Below are positions 19,138-28,276 of a DNA stretch of 64,000 nucleotides, in pieces. The stretch lies in IMG/VR virus record IMGVR_UViG_3300021399_004696. One strand, written 5' to 3'. Under the pieces are notes generated by a model that was given only the letters and a program-made list of their open reading frames with translations, searched no databases and was not told the origin of the DNA. The translations under genes and the position numbers were made by a program. Position 1 is the first letter of the stretch; each line of letters begins with the position of its first letter. The stretch is from an uncultured virus (IMG/VR IMGVR_UViG_3300021399_004696). Lineage: Duplodnaviria; Heunggongvirae; Uroviricota; Caudoviricetes.

Positions 19138-22100
19138 ATGCGGGAGAATGATTCTAGAAAAAATGTGAGCCAAGCGTCTCAAGCGCGAAGGAACTACGTC
19201 AATTACATGAGGCAACATTCGACAGCAGATCAAGCTGCCACATCTTTGCGCGGGTTCATTCCTAAAGCAGGGGGCGGTATTTATTCGTATGCTCATGGGC
19301 ATAGAGCAGCATATCAATACTATCGCAGTCAAGGCTATACAAAAGCCAGAAGCTTTGTGTCTGGTGCAAAGGGCGGTTTGCGTGAGACTGGGCGTTTTGC
19401 AGCTAAGTCTGCTTGGTATTGGATCAATCCGTATGAAGAGGGTAAGGCAGAAGCCCAAAAATTTATAGCGCACAGACAAGAGGTTAAAGAATATAAGCAG
19501 GAGAGGCGTAAGGAAAGAGTACAGGAGAAGGAAGAAAGGCAAAGAAAAAAGCCTAATTCGCATAGAACTGAGCAGAATCAGAGAAGAAAAGCTCAAAAGA
19601 AAAACGCAACCAAGAAAAACGCAATCGACAAGCTTAAGAGATCAAAGCTGGTTCAAAAGATAAAAGAAAAGAGCAGGGGCGGGTTTAAAAAGATCAGCAA
19701 GACTGCCTCAACTGCTCAAAAAGCAGCTACGGTAGCGTTTACTGCTAAAGCTGTTTATAAGAGGACTTTAGGCAGGTTTAGCGGGGTCTCAGGGAAATTA
19801 ACCGGAGGCGTTAACAAGGCATCACAGAATGCTACCCAAGACAGTGATATAGGTAAAGCGGTTGAAGGCGCAATTGTCGCGGCTTCAGTAACTAATGATG
19901 TTGCAAAAAAGGCTATTCCTAATACTGTAAAAACCGTAAAAGATATAAATAAGATCAGAGACATTCCGCGTAAATATAAGAAGGCCAAAGCAACCGCTAA
20001 GAAGGGGGCAAAAAAAGCTAAAGAGCTTGCTAAAAAGGCACGCGAAGCCGGTCGTAAGCACGCACAAAAAATAGCGCAAAGGCTTCCTAAACGCGTTGCG
20101 CAAGCTGCAAGGAAAGCCGCAGAAATAGCAAAAAAACTTATAGATGCAATTATTAAGGCGATCAAAGCTGTTCTTGATGCTTTGAAGGCGGTTCTTGCGC
20201 CCATCTTACCCTGGATTGCGGTAATAATTGCTGTTATTTTGTTTTTTGTCATCATTATTGTTCTTATAATTATGATGGTGTTAAATTTTGAGCCTGAGCC
20301 TAGAGAATATTGTTTAAGAGAAGCAGTATATTTGATGGATCAAGAATATCACAGTGACGTTATTTCCCACATAAACGAATACTTTATGGAAGAGGGGGAA
20401 GAAGTTCCTAACGAAGATATTAATTATATAAACAGCAGCGTCAGTTGGAAAGAAATTTTGTGCTATTGGTACGTTTTAGGATGTTCTATGGACGGCCAAA
20501 CAATTGATGGGGAAGAATTTGATTTTCAATTTGCGGGGAGTCCGTCTAATGTGGCCGATATGGTAACTGGCGGGGATGATGGGCATAGTTTTACATTGTC
20601 TGAAGCCGAATATAAATTGTTATCAGACAGTTTTAATGAATTGTATTTAATACTGATCTACCCCAGTGTGGATTCCAGTGCCGGCGATGTGGAGTATTAT
20701 GATACAGTTGCTGAAGTAGAGGCACGTTGTGCTGAATTGGACGCGCAAGGGGTCAGGTATGAATCCGATGGTGTATCGTTTGTTGCGATTTTATACGAAG
20801 ATGATGTTTATATAGTAGATACACAGCATACGAGTATTTATGATATAGCTGAAAAGTTGCCCGAAGATCAAAAACAGCATATTTTGGATTGTATGGCAGC
20901 TGTTGACAGAGATAATCCGAACCGAGATTTGGAACCGACATTCTATGATTTATGGTTTGCAGTAAGAAATAATACAAGTATCACAGTTGATGCTAGAGAT
21001 ATGATCGTCGAAGAAGCGTATGCAATGTGGCTTATGTCAGGAGCATACGGTAACGGTTCTGCGACGATTCCCCAATACGTGCGCGATGCGTATGGGGTAG
21101 AAACTCCATTAGAACACACCATTTATTTAGAGAGCGGGACAGGATCTTCAAACAATTACGTGACGCCGTTTACGTTTATTTATCAAAACTCAGCAGGCAA
21201 TACACAAAATAATGTCGTTAATGCACTGCCTTGGTTGGGCGGAGCTATTCAAAACGGAGATAGTGTACCTATATTTCTTAACATGGATTATTTTAGTGAT
21301 GCCAGTGCCGGTGATTGTAATATGTTAGCGGCCTATTGTGATAGTGGGGTTAACTCTTTAAATTCTTCTTCTATAGATATTCACAGTGCATTGTCGATGC
21401 ATGGAGGGGATCAAACGGCATATACAGGATTTTACGGAGGGAATATAGGTTCTGCAACATTTAGGTTTATTCCGCCTAAATGTGCAGGATATGACTGGAA
21501 CACATATGCGTATCACACTGCACAACCTTGGCAATACTCAGGACAAGGGCTGAATTTGAATACGGATAGTTATCCTTGGTGTGCAGCTTTTGTTACCACA
21601 TTAGCGTGTAACGGATCTCCGTACGGTTGCTTTTTTACCAGCAAAGATTTTTATATTGATTCGAACCATCCGTCCTGGACTGTATATTATACATCAGAAA
21701 ACCCTGCGCCTTGGCAGCAAGCAAACGAAGACCTGATTGATGCTTTAAGTGATTGGGGGGATATTACAGATTTTTGGGACTTTTGCGAAGCATTTGCAAA
21801 TACTTTTTATAGTTTACGTAATAGTTGGTATGAGTCTCAAACAGCGGATACGATTAACGCGTTGCAATTAACAGCGCATACTGATTATTTCCGTGTGAAT
21901 CTGTTAAATACTTTTTCGGATACTCCTGCGGGATTGTTTTATACCGTTACACAGGACAATGAAAAATTTACTCCGGCCCACGTAAATGCCCACGATTATC
22001 AGCCTGATTTTGATGAGTTTGATGATATTTGTGGGGCTGAGCCCGAAGAATATATGATGTTTTTAACTATGGAAGGAGTGCCGGAAGGGTTTACCGCAGT

Positions 22101-22752
22101 TAGTGGTCATAGACAAGGCTGGTATTCTCCTTTGATGGAGTATGAATGTTCCTTAGGCGAGTATAAGGTAAACGACGTTGAGGAATTGTTCACAGCGGTA
22201 GCAGGTCTCGGACTTGTAAATCGCTTAGGATACGCAGAAATGACTAGTGATCGTATAGGCGATGAAATCGTAGGAGCTTTACAATCAATAGGTCTAGTTG
22301 ATGAAGATGATTACGGTAATGTAATCGCAGCCGAATTAAGAAGTTTTCAGCTGGATTATTTTTGTATCTTTGGCGAAATCCGTGAAGAAAAACAAGGTTT
22401 GTTTGTATATGACTGGCGTGATACTTGGTGTCCAGGCATGTATGAATATTATAAAAGTTTTGCAGGAGCAGAGTTGTATGGGCCGGCGGATATGAGCATG
22501 GAAATGTACACACCATCTACTGGTGATGTGATATTATACGATTGGTTACGTACTGATGAAGACGGATATAACAGAACTCGTGATGGCGTGGCGGATCATG
22601 TAGGACTTATCGTTTGGGCCTCACCGGATTCTGATTATGTCGCAGTTATTGAAGGTAATAGTGGTAATCATATTTGTATGCGTTGGGTAAGCATATATAG
22701 CGAAGATGTATATGCGATAGCGCATTTAGCATACGGTACAGGAGATCCATAA
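19138..22752 (+). CDS. conjugative cell-wall hydrolase with split CHAP domain
   Basis: Basic N-terminal region, TM segment, PWCAAFV, GDVILYDW, DHVGLI, IEGNS. Confidence 0.8.
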   Translation: MRENDSRKNVSQASQARRNYVNYMRQHSTADQAATSLRGFIPKAGGGIYSYAHGHRAAYQYYRSQGYTKARSFVSGAKGGLRETGRFAAKSAWYWINPYEEGKAEAQKFIAHRQEVKEYKQERRKERVQEKEERQRKKPNSHRTEQNQRRKAQKKNATKKNAIDKLKRSKLVQKIKEKSRGGFKKISKTASTAQKAATVAFTAKAVYKRTLGRFSGVSGKLTGGVNKASQNATQDSDIGKAVEGAIVAASVTNDVAKKAIPNTVKTVKDINKIRDIPRKYKKAKATAKKGAKKAKELAKKAREAGRKHAQKIAQRLPKRVAQAARKAAEIAKKLIDAIIKAIKAVLDALKAVLAPILPWIAVIIAVILFFVIIIVLIIMMVLNFEPEPREYCLREAVYLMDQEYHSDVISHINEYFMEEGEEVPNEDINYINSSVSWKEILCYWYVLGCSMDGQTIDGEEFDFQFAGSPSNVADMVTGGDDGHSFTLSEAEYKLLSDSFNELYLILIYPSVDSSAGDVEYYDTVAEVEARCAELDAQGVRYESDGVSFVAILYEDDVYIVDTQHTSIYDIAEKLPEDQKQHILDCMAAVDRDNPNRDLEPTFYDLWFAVRNNTSITVDARDMIVEEAYAMWLMSGAYGNGSATIPQYVRDAYGVETPLEHTIYLESGTGSSNNYVTPFTFIYQNSAGNTQNNVVNALPWLGGAIQNGDSVPIFLNMDYFSDASAGDCNMLAAYCDSGVNSLNSSSIDIHSALSMHGGDQTAYTGFYGGNIGSATFRFIPPKCAGYDWNTYAYHTAQPWQYSGQGLNLNTDSYPWCAAFVTTLACNGSPYGCFFTSKDFYIDSNHPSWTVYYTSENPAPWQQANEDLIDALSDWGDITDFWDFCEAFANTFYSLRNSWYESQTADTINALQLTAHTDYFRVNLLNTFSDTPAGLFYTVTQDNEKFTPAHVNAHDYQPDFDEFDDICGAEPEEYMMFLTMEGVPEGFTAVSGHRQGWYSPLMEYECSLGEYKVNDVEELFTAVAGLGLVNRLGYAEMTSDRIGDEIVGALQSIGLVDEDDYGNVIAAELRSFQLDYFCIFGEIREEKQGLFVYDWRDTWCPGMYEYYKSFAGAELYGPADMSMEMYTPSTGDVILYDWLRTDEDGYNRTRDGVADHVGLIVWASPDSDYVAVIEGNSGNHICMRWVSIYSEDVYAIAHLAYGTGDP

Positions 22753-22768
22753 CGAGGGAGGGATAACA

Positions 22769-23737
22769 ATGAACCGGCATAGAATAATTAGGCTCGTGTG
22801 TATTATGTTAGTGCTTAGTTTATCAGGGTGTTTCGCAGCTTGTAAAAAGAGATCGGAAGTAGCTCTTCAAACTGAGGATTACTCTGAAAACTCGTCATCT
22901 GAAGAAAGCTCTTCAGAAACATATGAAGAGGAAACAACAGAAAGTATTGAAATGACAGTAGATACAAGCGTTGTTGAGTCAGAAAGTTCAGAAGAAACAG
23001 AAGTGGTTGAAACTTCAGAAACATACGGGGAAACCAGTGTTTCCGGAGAAGATTTTGTTTTATATACACAACCTTCGCAACCTTCAGATTACTATATTAT
23101 TCAAGACTATTCGAGTTTTATATTGCCTGAACACGGTTTTGCAGCACAACGCGTTACAATGGATCGAAGTCAGTTTTTAATGGGGATGGGCACAGTCGAT
23201 ATTATCGGAACGCAATTAGAGGTGCATTATTCTTATCACGATTTTGAATCGGGGCAAGACGTGCAAATTGACGGACCGTTTGTTTTAGAGGGTATATCAG
23301 TTCCTTCCGATTATTCAATCCAATGGGCACAAACAGTACCTCAACAATCGTATAGTAATATTTGTAATGCATTGTTATACAATTTAACTGTGTTTATTGA
23401 TTCTGACAACGTTCCTGATGAAAACGGGTATTATCATGGGTATATCTACTTTACTCCAAAGGTAGATCGAAATTTATATGGGTACACTCTGGAATCCGAG
23501 GATCTTGTTCAGCTTAACGAGTTCTTGCTCGCTTATGGTTTTGCAGGCCCCGATCCTGAATATACAGGCCCCTATGCCGACATCTACGCTCAGTACCCCG
23601 CATTAGCAGAGGACTATACCGGATACCCGATCTTCCAGCCTTTCTGCGAGAACGGCCTTGACATCATCGAAGACAGCGTAGCCTTTTATGACCCGAGCAT
23701 CTATACACAGTATTATGGAGACATGTACGAGCCGTGA
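22769..23737 (+). CDS. secreted/lipoprotein with degenerate thermonuclease-like domain
   Basis: Signal peptide with Cys; LEGISVP, D..GYYHGYIY and LNEFLLAYGFA resemble the SNase fold. Confidence 0.55.
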   Translation: MNRHRIIRLVCIMLVLSLSGCFAACKKRSEVALQTEDYSENSSSEESSSETYEEETTESIEMTVDTSVVESESSEETEVVETSETYGETSVSGEDFVLYTQPSQPSDYYIIQDYSSFILPEHGFAAQRVTMDRSQFLMGMGTVDIIGTQLEVHYSYHDFESGQDVQIDGPFVLEGISVPSDYSIQWAQTVPQQSYSNICNALLYNLTVFIDSDNVPDENGYYHGYIYFTPKVDRNLYGYTLESEDLVQLNEFLLAYGFAGPDPEYTGPYADIYAQYPALAEDYTGYPIFQPFCENGLDIIEDSVAFYDPSIYTQYYGDMYEP

Positions 23738-23840
23738 TCTTCGCATTGAATATCCGGTACAGAGCAACAGTACAGCAAGCACAATCCTGCATATAGTGGG
23801 GCTATTGATTTTTTAACACAATATGTAGTATAATTAATTA

Positions 23841-23912
23841 AGTAAGGAGTCGTTTTCTACCTTAATATAGCCATATACAGTCCCCTGGTCGAAAGATCGG
23901 GGGATTGTTTTA
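23841..23912 (+). ncRNA. putative small RNA 1
   Basis: TTGATT-18-TATAAT promoter (23805-23834); no ORF; GAAA-loop terminator 23877-23911. Confidence 0.6.
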
Positions 23913-23917
23913 TGCAC

Positions 23918-24095
23918 ATAAAAAGGAAGTATCCGTAAAGCTGGGGGCTAAACAAATACTTCCTATATACAGAAAGGAGCTTGTCAAAGGCGAAACCAAG
24001 TATATCCAAACCTAAGCTGAATATATGTAAAAGCAGATCCCTGAGTCTTGGTTCCGTTCTTACGCAGGAAAAGGGCCTTTGGCTTCTACCTTTGT
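23918..24095 (-). ncRNA. putative small RNA 3
   Basis: Minus-strand TATAAT (24107-24102); AGGAAGTA/TACTTCCT terminator stem with T run; contains anti-SD CTCCTTTCT. Confidence 0.45.
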
Positions 24096-24148
24096 ATTAT
24101 TATTATAAAGGCAAATCAGCAATAATAATCAAAAACGGGTGTTACATG

Positions 24149-24260
24149 AAAAACCGACCCGTGTATCTTTCTTGGTAGGAGAAAGACATGGGTCACGGAT
24201 CGGCGATCGGCTACGCCATTAAAGGTAATTAAGTAGAACGACTCAACAATCTTTAAGGCT
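24149..24260 (-). ncRNA. putative small RNA 2
   Basis: Minus-strand TTGCTT-17-TAAACT promoter (24295-24267); terminator CCGATCCGTG/CACGGGTCGG plus T5. Confidence 0.6.
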
Positions 24261-24307
24261 TGTTCAAGTTTACTAAAAGGGCAGAAGTAAAGCAAGCACT
24301 ATTTTCA

Positions 24308-24350
24308 GTAACGCCGTTTCCGGGCTTTTCTTCTTTAGGATCTTTATTAT
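24308..24350 (+). promoter_or_regulatory. GTAACGC-N3-TTCCGGG-N20-TATTAT promoter motif
   Basis: Recurrent motif. Confidence 0.7.
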
Positions 24351-24377
24351 ATATACATAAACATTTGGAGGTTCCCT

Positions 24378-25235
24378 ATGGATGATGTAGTAAGACAGCA
24401 CGCGAAGGTATCGCCCTCATCGCTTTCCAGAACAGTAAAGTGTCCGCCCTCATTAAAGCTTAACGAGGGGGTTAATTCTGAGAGTAAATATACGGTTGAA
24501 GGTACTAAGGCGCATATGGTAGCCGAGTATTTTGTACGCGAAGCATTCGGGCTTGGCAACGACCATGATTTCAGAGAGATCGAAGGCAAGACCGGCCAAA
24601 TGATAGATTGTGCCGAGAAGTACGTCCAGTTTGCTCGAAATATTGTTAAGTACATGCACAGAACGACTGACGATCCTATTCAGGTAGAAGTCGAGAAGGA
24701 AGTACATCTTGAAGAGTATATCGACGAATGCTGGGGAACGTGCGACTTGATGTTTATCGGTTCTGACCGCCTTTCTATCTGCGACTATAAGTATGGCGGC
24801 GGTAAGGTTGAGGTTAAGGACAACTCTCAGTTGAAGGCTTATGCTTTAGGAGCATATCTGTCTATCGATCCTGAAAAAAGAGTGGGGATCAGGACGATCG
24901 ATACATATATCTTCCAGCCCAGAGCATCGTTTTATAACGAAGAGACGAGGAAATGGGAGACCGGATATTATGGCAGAGATACGTTTACACCCGAGCAACT
25001 CATCGACTGGGCCTTTGCTGCCGAAAAGGAAGTGAAGAAAGCTCTTGACGGAGAAGGGGAGAGGTCAGGCGGCGATCACTGCAGATTCTGCACTGCAAAG
25101 GGGACTTGCGAAGCGTGTCTGGGCGCTTATAAACCCAATGTCCATAAAAGGGTTATTGAAAGCAATGACTTGCCTGACGGCGATGATCTTCCTGACGGCG
25201 GAGCAGATCCGTTTTCCGGTATGGGCGGGCATTGA
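24378..25235 (+). CDS. DUF2800 family PD-(D/E)XK nuclease (phage-type)
   Basis: HAKVSPSS..CPPS, GTKAH, GTCD, DYKYG, QLKAYALG, HCRFC. Confidence 0.9.
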   Translation: MDDVVRQHAKVSPSSLSRTVKCPPSLKLNEGVNSESKYTVEGTKAHMVAEYFVREAFGLGNDHDFREIEGKTGQMIDCAEKYVQFARNIVKYMHRTTDDPIQVEVEKEVHLEEYIDECWGTCDLMFIGSDRLSICDYKYGGGKVEVKDNSQLKAYALGAYLSIDPEKRVGIRTIDTYIFQPRASFYNEETRKWETGYYGRDTFTPEQLIDWAFAAEKEVKKALDGEGERSGGDHCRFCTAKGTCEACLGAYKPNVHKRVIESNDLPDGDDLPDGGADPFSGMGGH

Positions 25236-25314
25236 TCAAAAAGGCATCTTAAAAAAGCAAAAAGGAGAAGGCCGGCGATGTCGGTCTTTTCTTGTCTTTC
25301 AGGGAATTTTACAA

Positions 25315-25358
25315 GTAACACCGAATTCCGGGTGTTTTGACAATAGGTTATGTATAGT
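25315..25358 (+). promoter_or_regulatory. GTAACAC-N4-TTCCGGG-N20-TATAGT promoter motif
   Basis: Recurrent motif. Confidence 0.7.
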
Positions 25359-25444
25359 AAACATACAAGGCTGGTACTTCAGTTCAAACGGCTACTAGAC
25401 TGAAGAGAAACCGAGCCAAACGCTATTAAAAGGAGATTATTTAC

Positions 25445-26218
25445 ATGAACGACTCAAAAGCAAAGACATTTATTCCGATTACTCTTAAGGAAGTTTTCTG
25501 CATTGGCTCTAACATCGTCAAGGACGTTGTTATCAAGGGCAAGAAGCAGACAGGACACAACATTTCTGTCAAGATCAATCAGGCGCAGTATGATCAGCTG
25601 ATGGAAGCAGCCCGCGCAGTCGAGACTGCACAGAACTTTACCGCTACCAACAAGATCTTCCGCGCAGAGCCTGCAAAGACTCGCGAGGGCGAGATCGATC
25701 CCGGTAAGTATATCGTCCAGCTGAACATGCCCGCAGATCTTCACAAGCTGATCTTGGCTAATGCATCAACCGGCGTTGATGGTAATGTTGGCTTCGAAAA
25801 TCTTTACGATGTTAACAAGAACACTCTTGATGTCGGGGTTTACGTCAGGAACGGTGAAGGGCCTAAGGGTCCCGTTGTAACAACGACTGTCGGTAAGATC
25901 TATGACTACGGCAGACCTGAGCGTGCTGACCAGTTCGCCGGTATGGGTCAGGGCGATCCTTTTGGAAGGGGCAGAGCAGCTGACCCTTTCGCAGGGATGG
26001 GTCAAGGAACCGCAACCCCTAACACAGCTCCCCAGAGCCCTGTTCAGGCAGTTCCCGCGCCCACACCCGTAGCACCCACGGCACCTGCAACACCTGCACC
26101 CGCACCTGTTGCGCCTACGGCACCCGCACCTTCAGGTATTCCTGATCCTGAACCTCCGCCCGCAGCCGATGAGTTTGGCGGATATGGTCCGGACGACCTC
26201 CCGGTCGAGTTTCTGTAA
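25445..26218 (+). CDS. putative single-stranded DNA-binding protein
   Basis: Follows DUF2800 as in phage PolA modules; Pro-rich linker; acidic tail DDLPVEFL; biased codon use. Confidence 0.6.
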   Translation: MNDSKAKTFIPITLKEVFCIGSNIVKDVVIKGKKQTGHNISVKINQAQYDQLMEAARAVETAQNFTATNKIFRAEPAKTREGEIDPGKYIVQLNMPADLHKLILANASTGVDGNVGFENLYDVNKNTLDVGVYVRNGEGPKGPVVTTTVGKIYDYGRPERADQFAGMGQGDPFGRGRAADPFAGMGQGTATPNTAPQSPVQAVPAPTPVAPTAPATPAPAPVAPTAPAPSGIPDPEPPPAADEFGGYGPDDLPVEFL

Positions 26219-26483
26219 CCATAACTGACAAACAGGTGTCTTATTGATTTGAGCGGTAACATTTTCAACATTTGTATCGATCGGTCCTTATATCTACTGT
26301 GGCTTCGTTGGCAAAAATAGACAGCGTCAAAATAACTTTTTTTGCAGTCGCCCAGTTTTCCGTGGAAATGATAACCGGAATCATGAAGGCTTTTACCGAT
26401 TTGATGGGCCCCCTAGTAGCGCGTAGCCTCGCGAACGGGGGTTTTATCATGTTTTAAAGAATCGGTGTTACATTTCGAGTAAA

Positions 26484-26516
26484 TTCCGGGGCTTTTTCAT
26501 AAAAAGGTTGCAAAAT
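26484..26516 (+). promoter_or_regulatory. TTCCGGG-N20-CAAAAT promoter motif
   Basis: Recurrent motif. Confidence 0.7.
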
Positions 26517-26574
26517 GAAGAATAACGGTTAGCAATGTGCAAAGAATGCAAAGTGCAGAAGGGAGATTGCATTA

Positions 26575-27066
26575 ATGGCTAAGATACAGAAGATCCATCT
26601 GATCTTTCAGAATGAGGACTATGCAGAGATAGATGGCAAGAACATTGAAGATCTGATGATCGACGGGGTTATGACATCTATCTGTACAGTAAAGAACGAA
26701 GAAGAGGAGAACGAGCTACAAGCAGTAGAGGTATGCAGTCTGTTTATGCTCAACGTGAAGAAAGCAGCCGACAGGGACTGGATCAACTTCGAGCATGTAG
26801 AAAGCGAGCATGGCGGACAGGTAAGCGGTACTTTGTTTGAGAGACTGGCGTACGGCGATATTACCGGAGTGGTTCTTTTCCTGGCTGAAGATGAAGTTGT
26901 CGATGAGGAAGAAGAGGAGATTGAAGAAAGCGAAGATATAGAGGAGCTTGAAGAGGAGCCGGATGAGATCCTCATGCCTTGGGGCGAAGATCCGGACTAT
27001 AACGATTACCAGAACACCTTTAGGGAAGACAACGGTAATTTAAGGATCGTTATTACACCTAACTAA
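26575..27066 (+). CDS. acidic hypothetical protein
   Basis: 163 aa with a Glu-rich tract. Confidence 0.8.
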   Translation: MAKIQKIHLIFQNEDYAEIDGKNIEDLMIDGVMTSICTVKNEEEENELQAVEVCSLFMLNVKKAADRDWINFEHVESEHGGQVSGTLFERLAYGDITGVVLFLAEDEVVDEEEEEIEESEDIEELEEEPDEILMPWGEDPDYNDYQNTFREDNGNLRIVITPN

Positions 27067-27091
27067 GCTGAAGGGTAGAAGTATAGACGGA

Positions 27092-28276
27092 GTGATTATG
27101 AACAAGATTAAACATATCGGAGCAACACTTGTAAGTACGGCGATCGTGGCGGGATCTATGGTCTTGCCCGTTTTTGCAGCGTCGCTCGACGAAGATCAGA
27201 TCGTGTTGGAACAAAAGATCACTGTGCACAACACGAACACTACGGACGTACAGGTCGATACTAACACATACACATATAGTATAGAACCTGTTTCTGACGC
27301 AGATGTTTTAGGTATCGTTCCTTTTGAAGGAGCTACCGTAACCTCCGGTCTTGAGGACGCAGTTGTCCTTACAACCGAATCGGTTGATTTCGGGTCACTT
27401 CTTATCGAAGGCGGGGTAACCGAGTACACGGATTCAGCCGATATCGTTCTTGAAGTCAGTGTTGAAAATTTTACCAGTGCCGGTATATACCGCTATGAGA
27501 TCGTCAACGAGACTACCGACGATTTCAGATATTTAGATGTTTATATATTATATGAAGATGGCGAGCTTTGTCTTTCGGGGTATAACCTCTATGAAGGCGA
27601 AGCTTTTTCTGTCTCCAATATGAAAAAGTGCGACGGTTTTGAGGATTCTTATCAGGCGGATGTTATCGAGGAACCCGAAGAAGGCGATTATGAAGTAATC
27701 TTCAGATTTGTTGATGCTAACGGAAATCTTTTGGCTGACGATATCTGCGTAACAGAAAGACGAGTTATTGCTCCTGCTATGCTCGCTCCTGTAAAGAACG
27801 CTTCAAGGCCTTCTCGCAACGGCAGTGTATCGCCGGTTAACGAAATAGTCAGCGTTAATACGATAGATCAGGCTCTTGCAGCTTATGAAGACATAAAGGC
27901 AGCTCTTATCAATCAGGATTATGTGGTTACCAGAGACGATGTTGCCGATCACGTTGAAGGTTCTGATTGGTTCGGGACTTCAACAACAGAGCCCATGATC
28001 TACTATGTAGTATTCGGGCAGGAGGGAGGACCTCTTGATACTCCCACTCCTACTCCCACACCTACGGCAACAGTTACGCCTGTTCCTACAGATACACCTA
28101 CGAGTACTCCCACACCTACAAGTACGGGGATTACATCTACGGGTGAAGCACCTTCGGTTTTAAGTCATGTCGGACTTTGCCTTATCGCATTCGGTATAGG
28201 CTTCTTTACGTTCGAAATGATTTCAAGACATATACACAAAAACTCTAAGAAAAACAAGGAGGAAGAAAATTCATGA
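27092..28276 (+). CDS. sortase-anchored pilin-like protein (putative basal/ancillary pilin)
   Basis: Signal peptide; FTSAGIYRYEI pilin motif; PT linker; ITSTG followed by TM and basic tail. Confidence 0.75.
   Translation: MIMNKIKHIGATLVSTAIVAGSMVLPVFAASLDEDQIVLEQKITVHNTNTTDVQVDTNTYTYSIEPVSDADVLGIVPFEGATVTSGLEDAVVLTTESVDFGSLLIEGGVTEYTDSADIVLEVSVENFTSAGIYRYEIVNETTDDFRYLDVYILYEDGELCLSGYNLYEGEAFSVSNMKKCDGFEDSYQADVIEEPEEGDYEVIFRFVDANGNLLADDICVTERRVIAPAMLAPVKNASRPSRNGSVSPVNEIVSVNTIDQALAAYEDIKAALINQDYVVTRDDVADHVEGSDWFGTSTTEPMIYYVVFGQEGGPLDTPTPTPTPTATVTPVPTDTPTSTPTPTSTGITSTGEAPSVLSHVGLCLIAFGIGFFTFEMISRHIHKNSKKNKEEENS

Noticed and set aside
21580..22430. Intein in the CHAP protein (also considered for the PolA insert)
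   Set aside because: No C-terminal His-Asn followed by Cys/Ser/Thr and no LAGLIDADG motifs seen.
23761..23800. oriT nick site (ATCCTGC and reverse-strand GTGCTTG resemble MOBP nic sites)
   Set aside because: Matches are too short and no convincing adjacent inverted repeat was found.
23981..24178. 65-aa ORF as a type I toxin
   Set aside because: It has an SD-like sequence but no TM helix, and it overlaps two putative minus-strand RNAs; not excluded, but unsupported.
24378..25235. Cas4 / CRISPR-Cas system
   Set aside because: Motifs fit phage DUF2800; no cas1/cas2 and no repeat-spacer array seen in the window.
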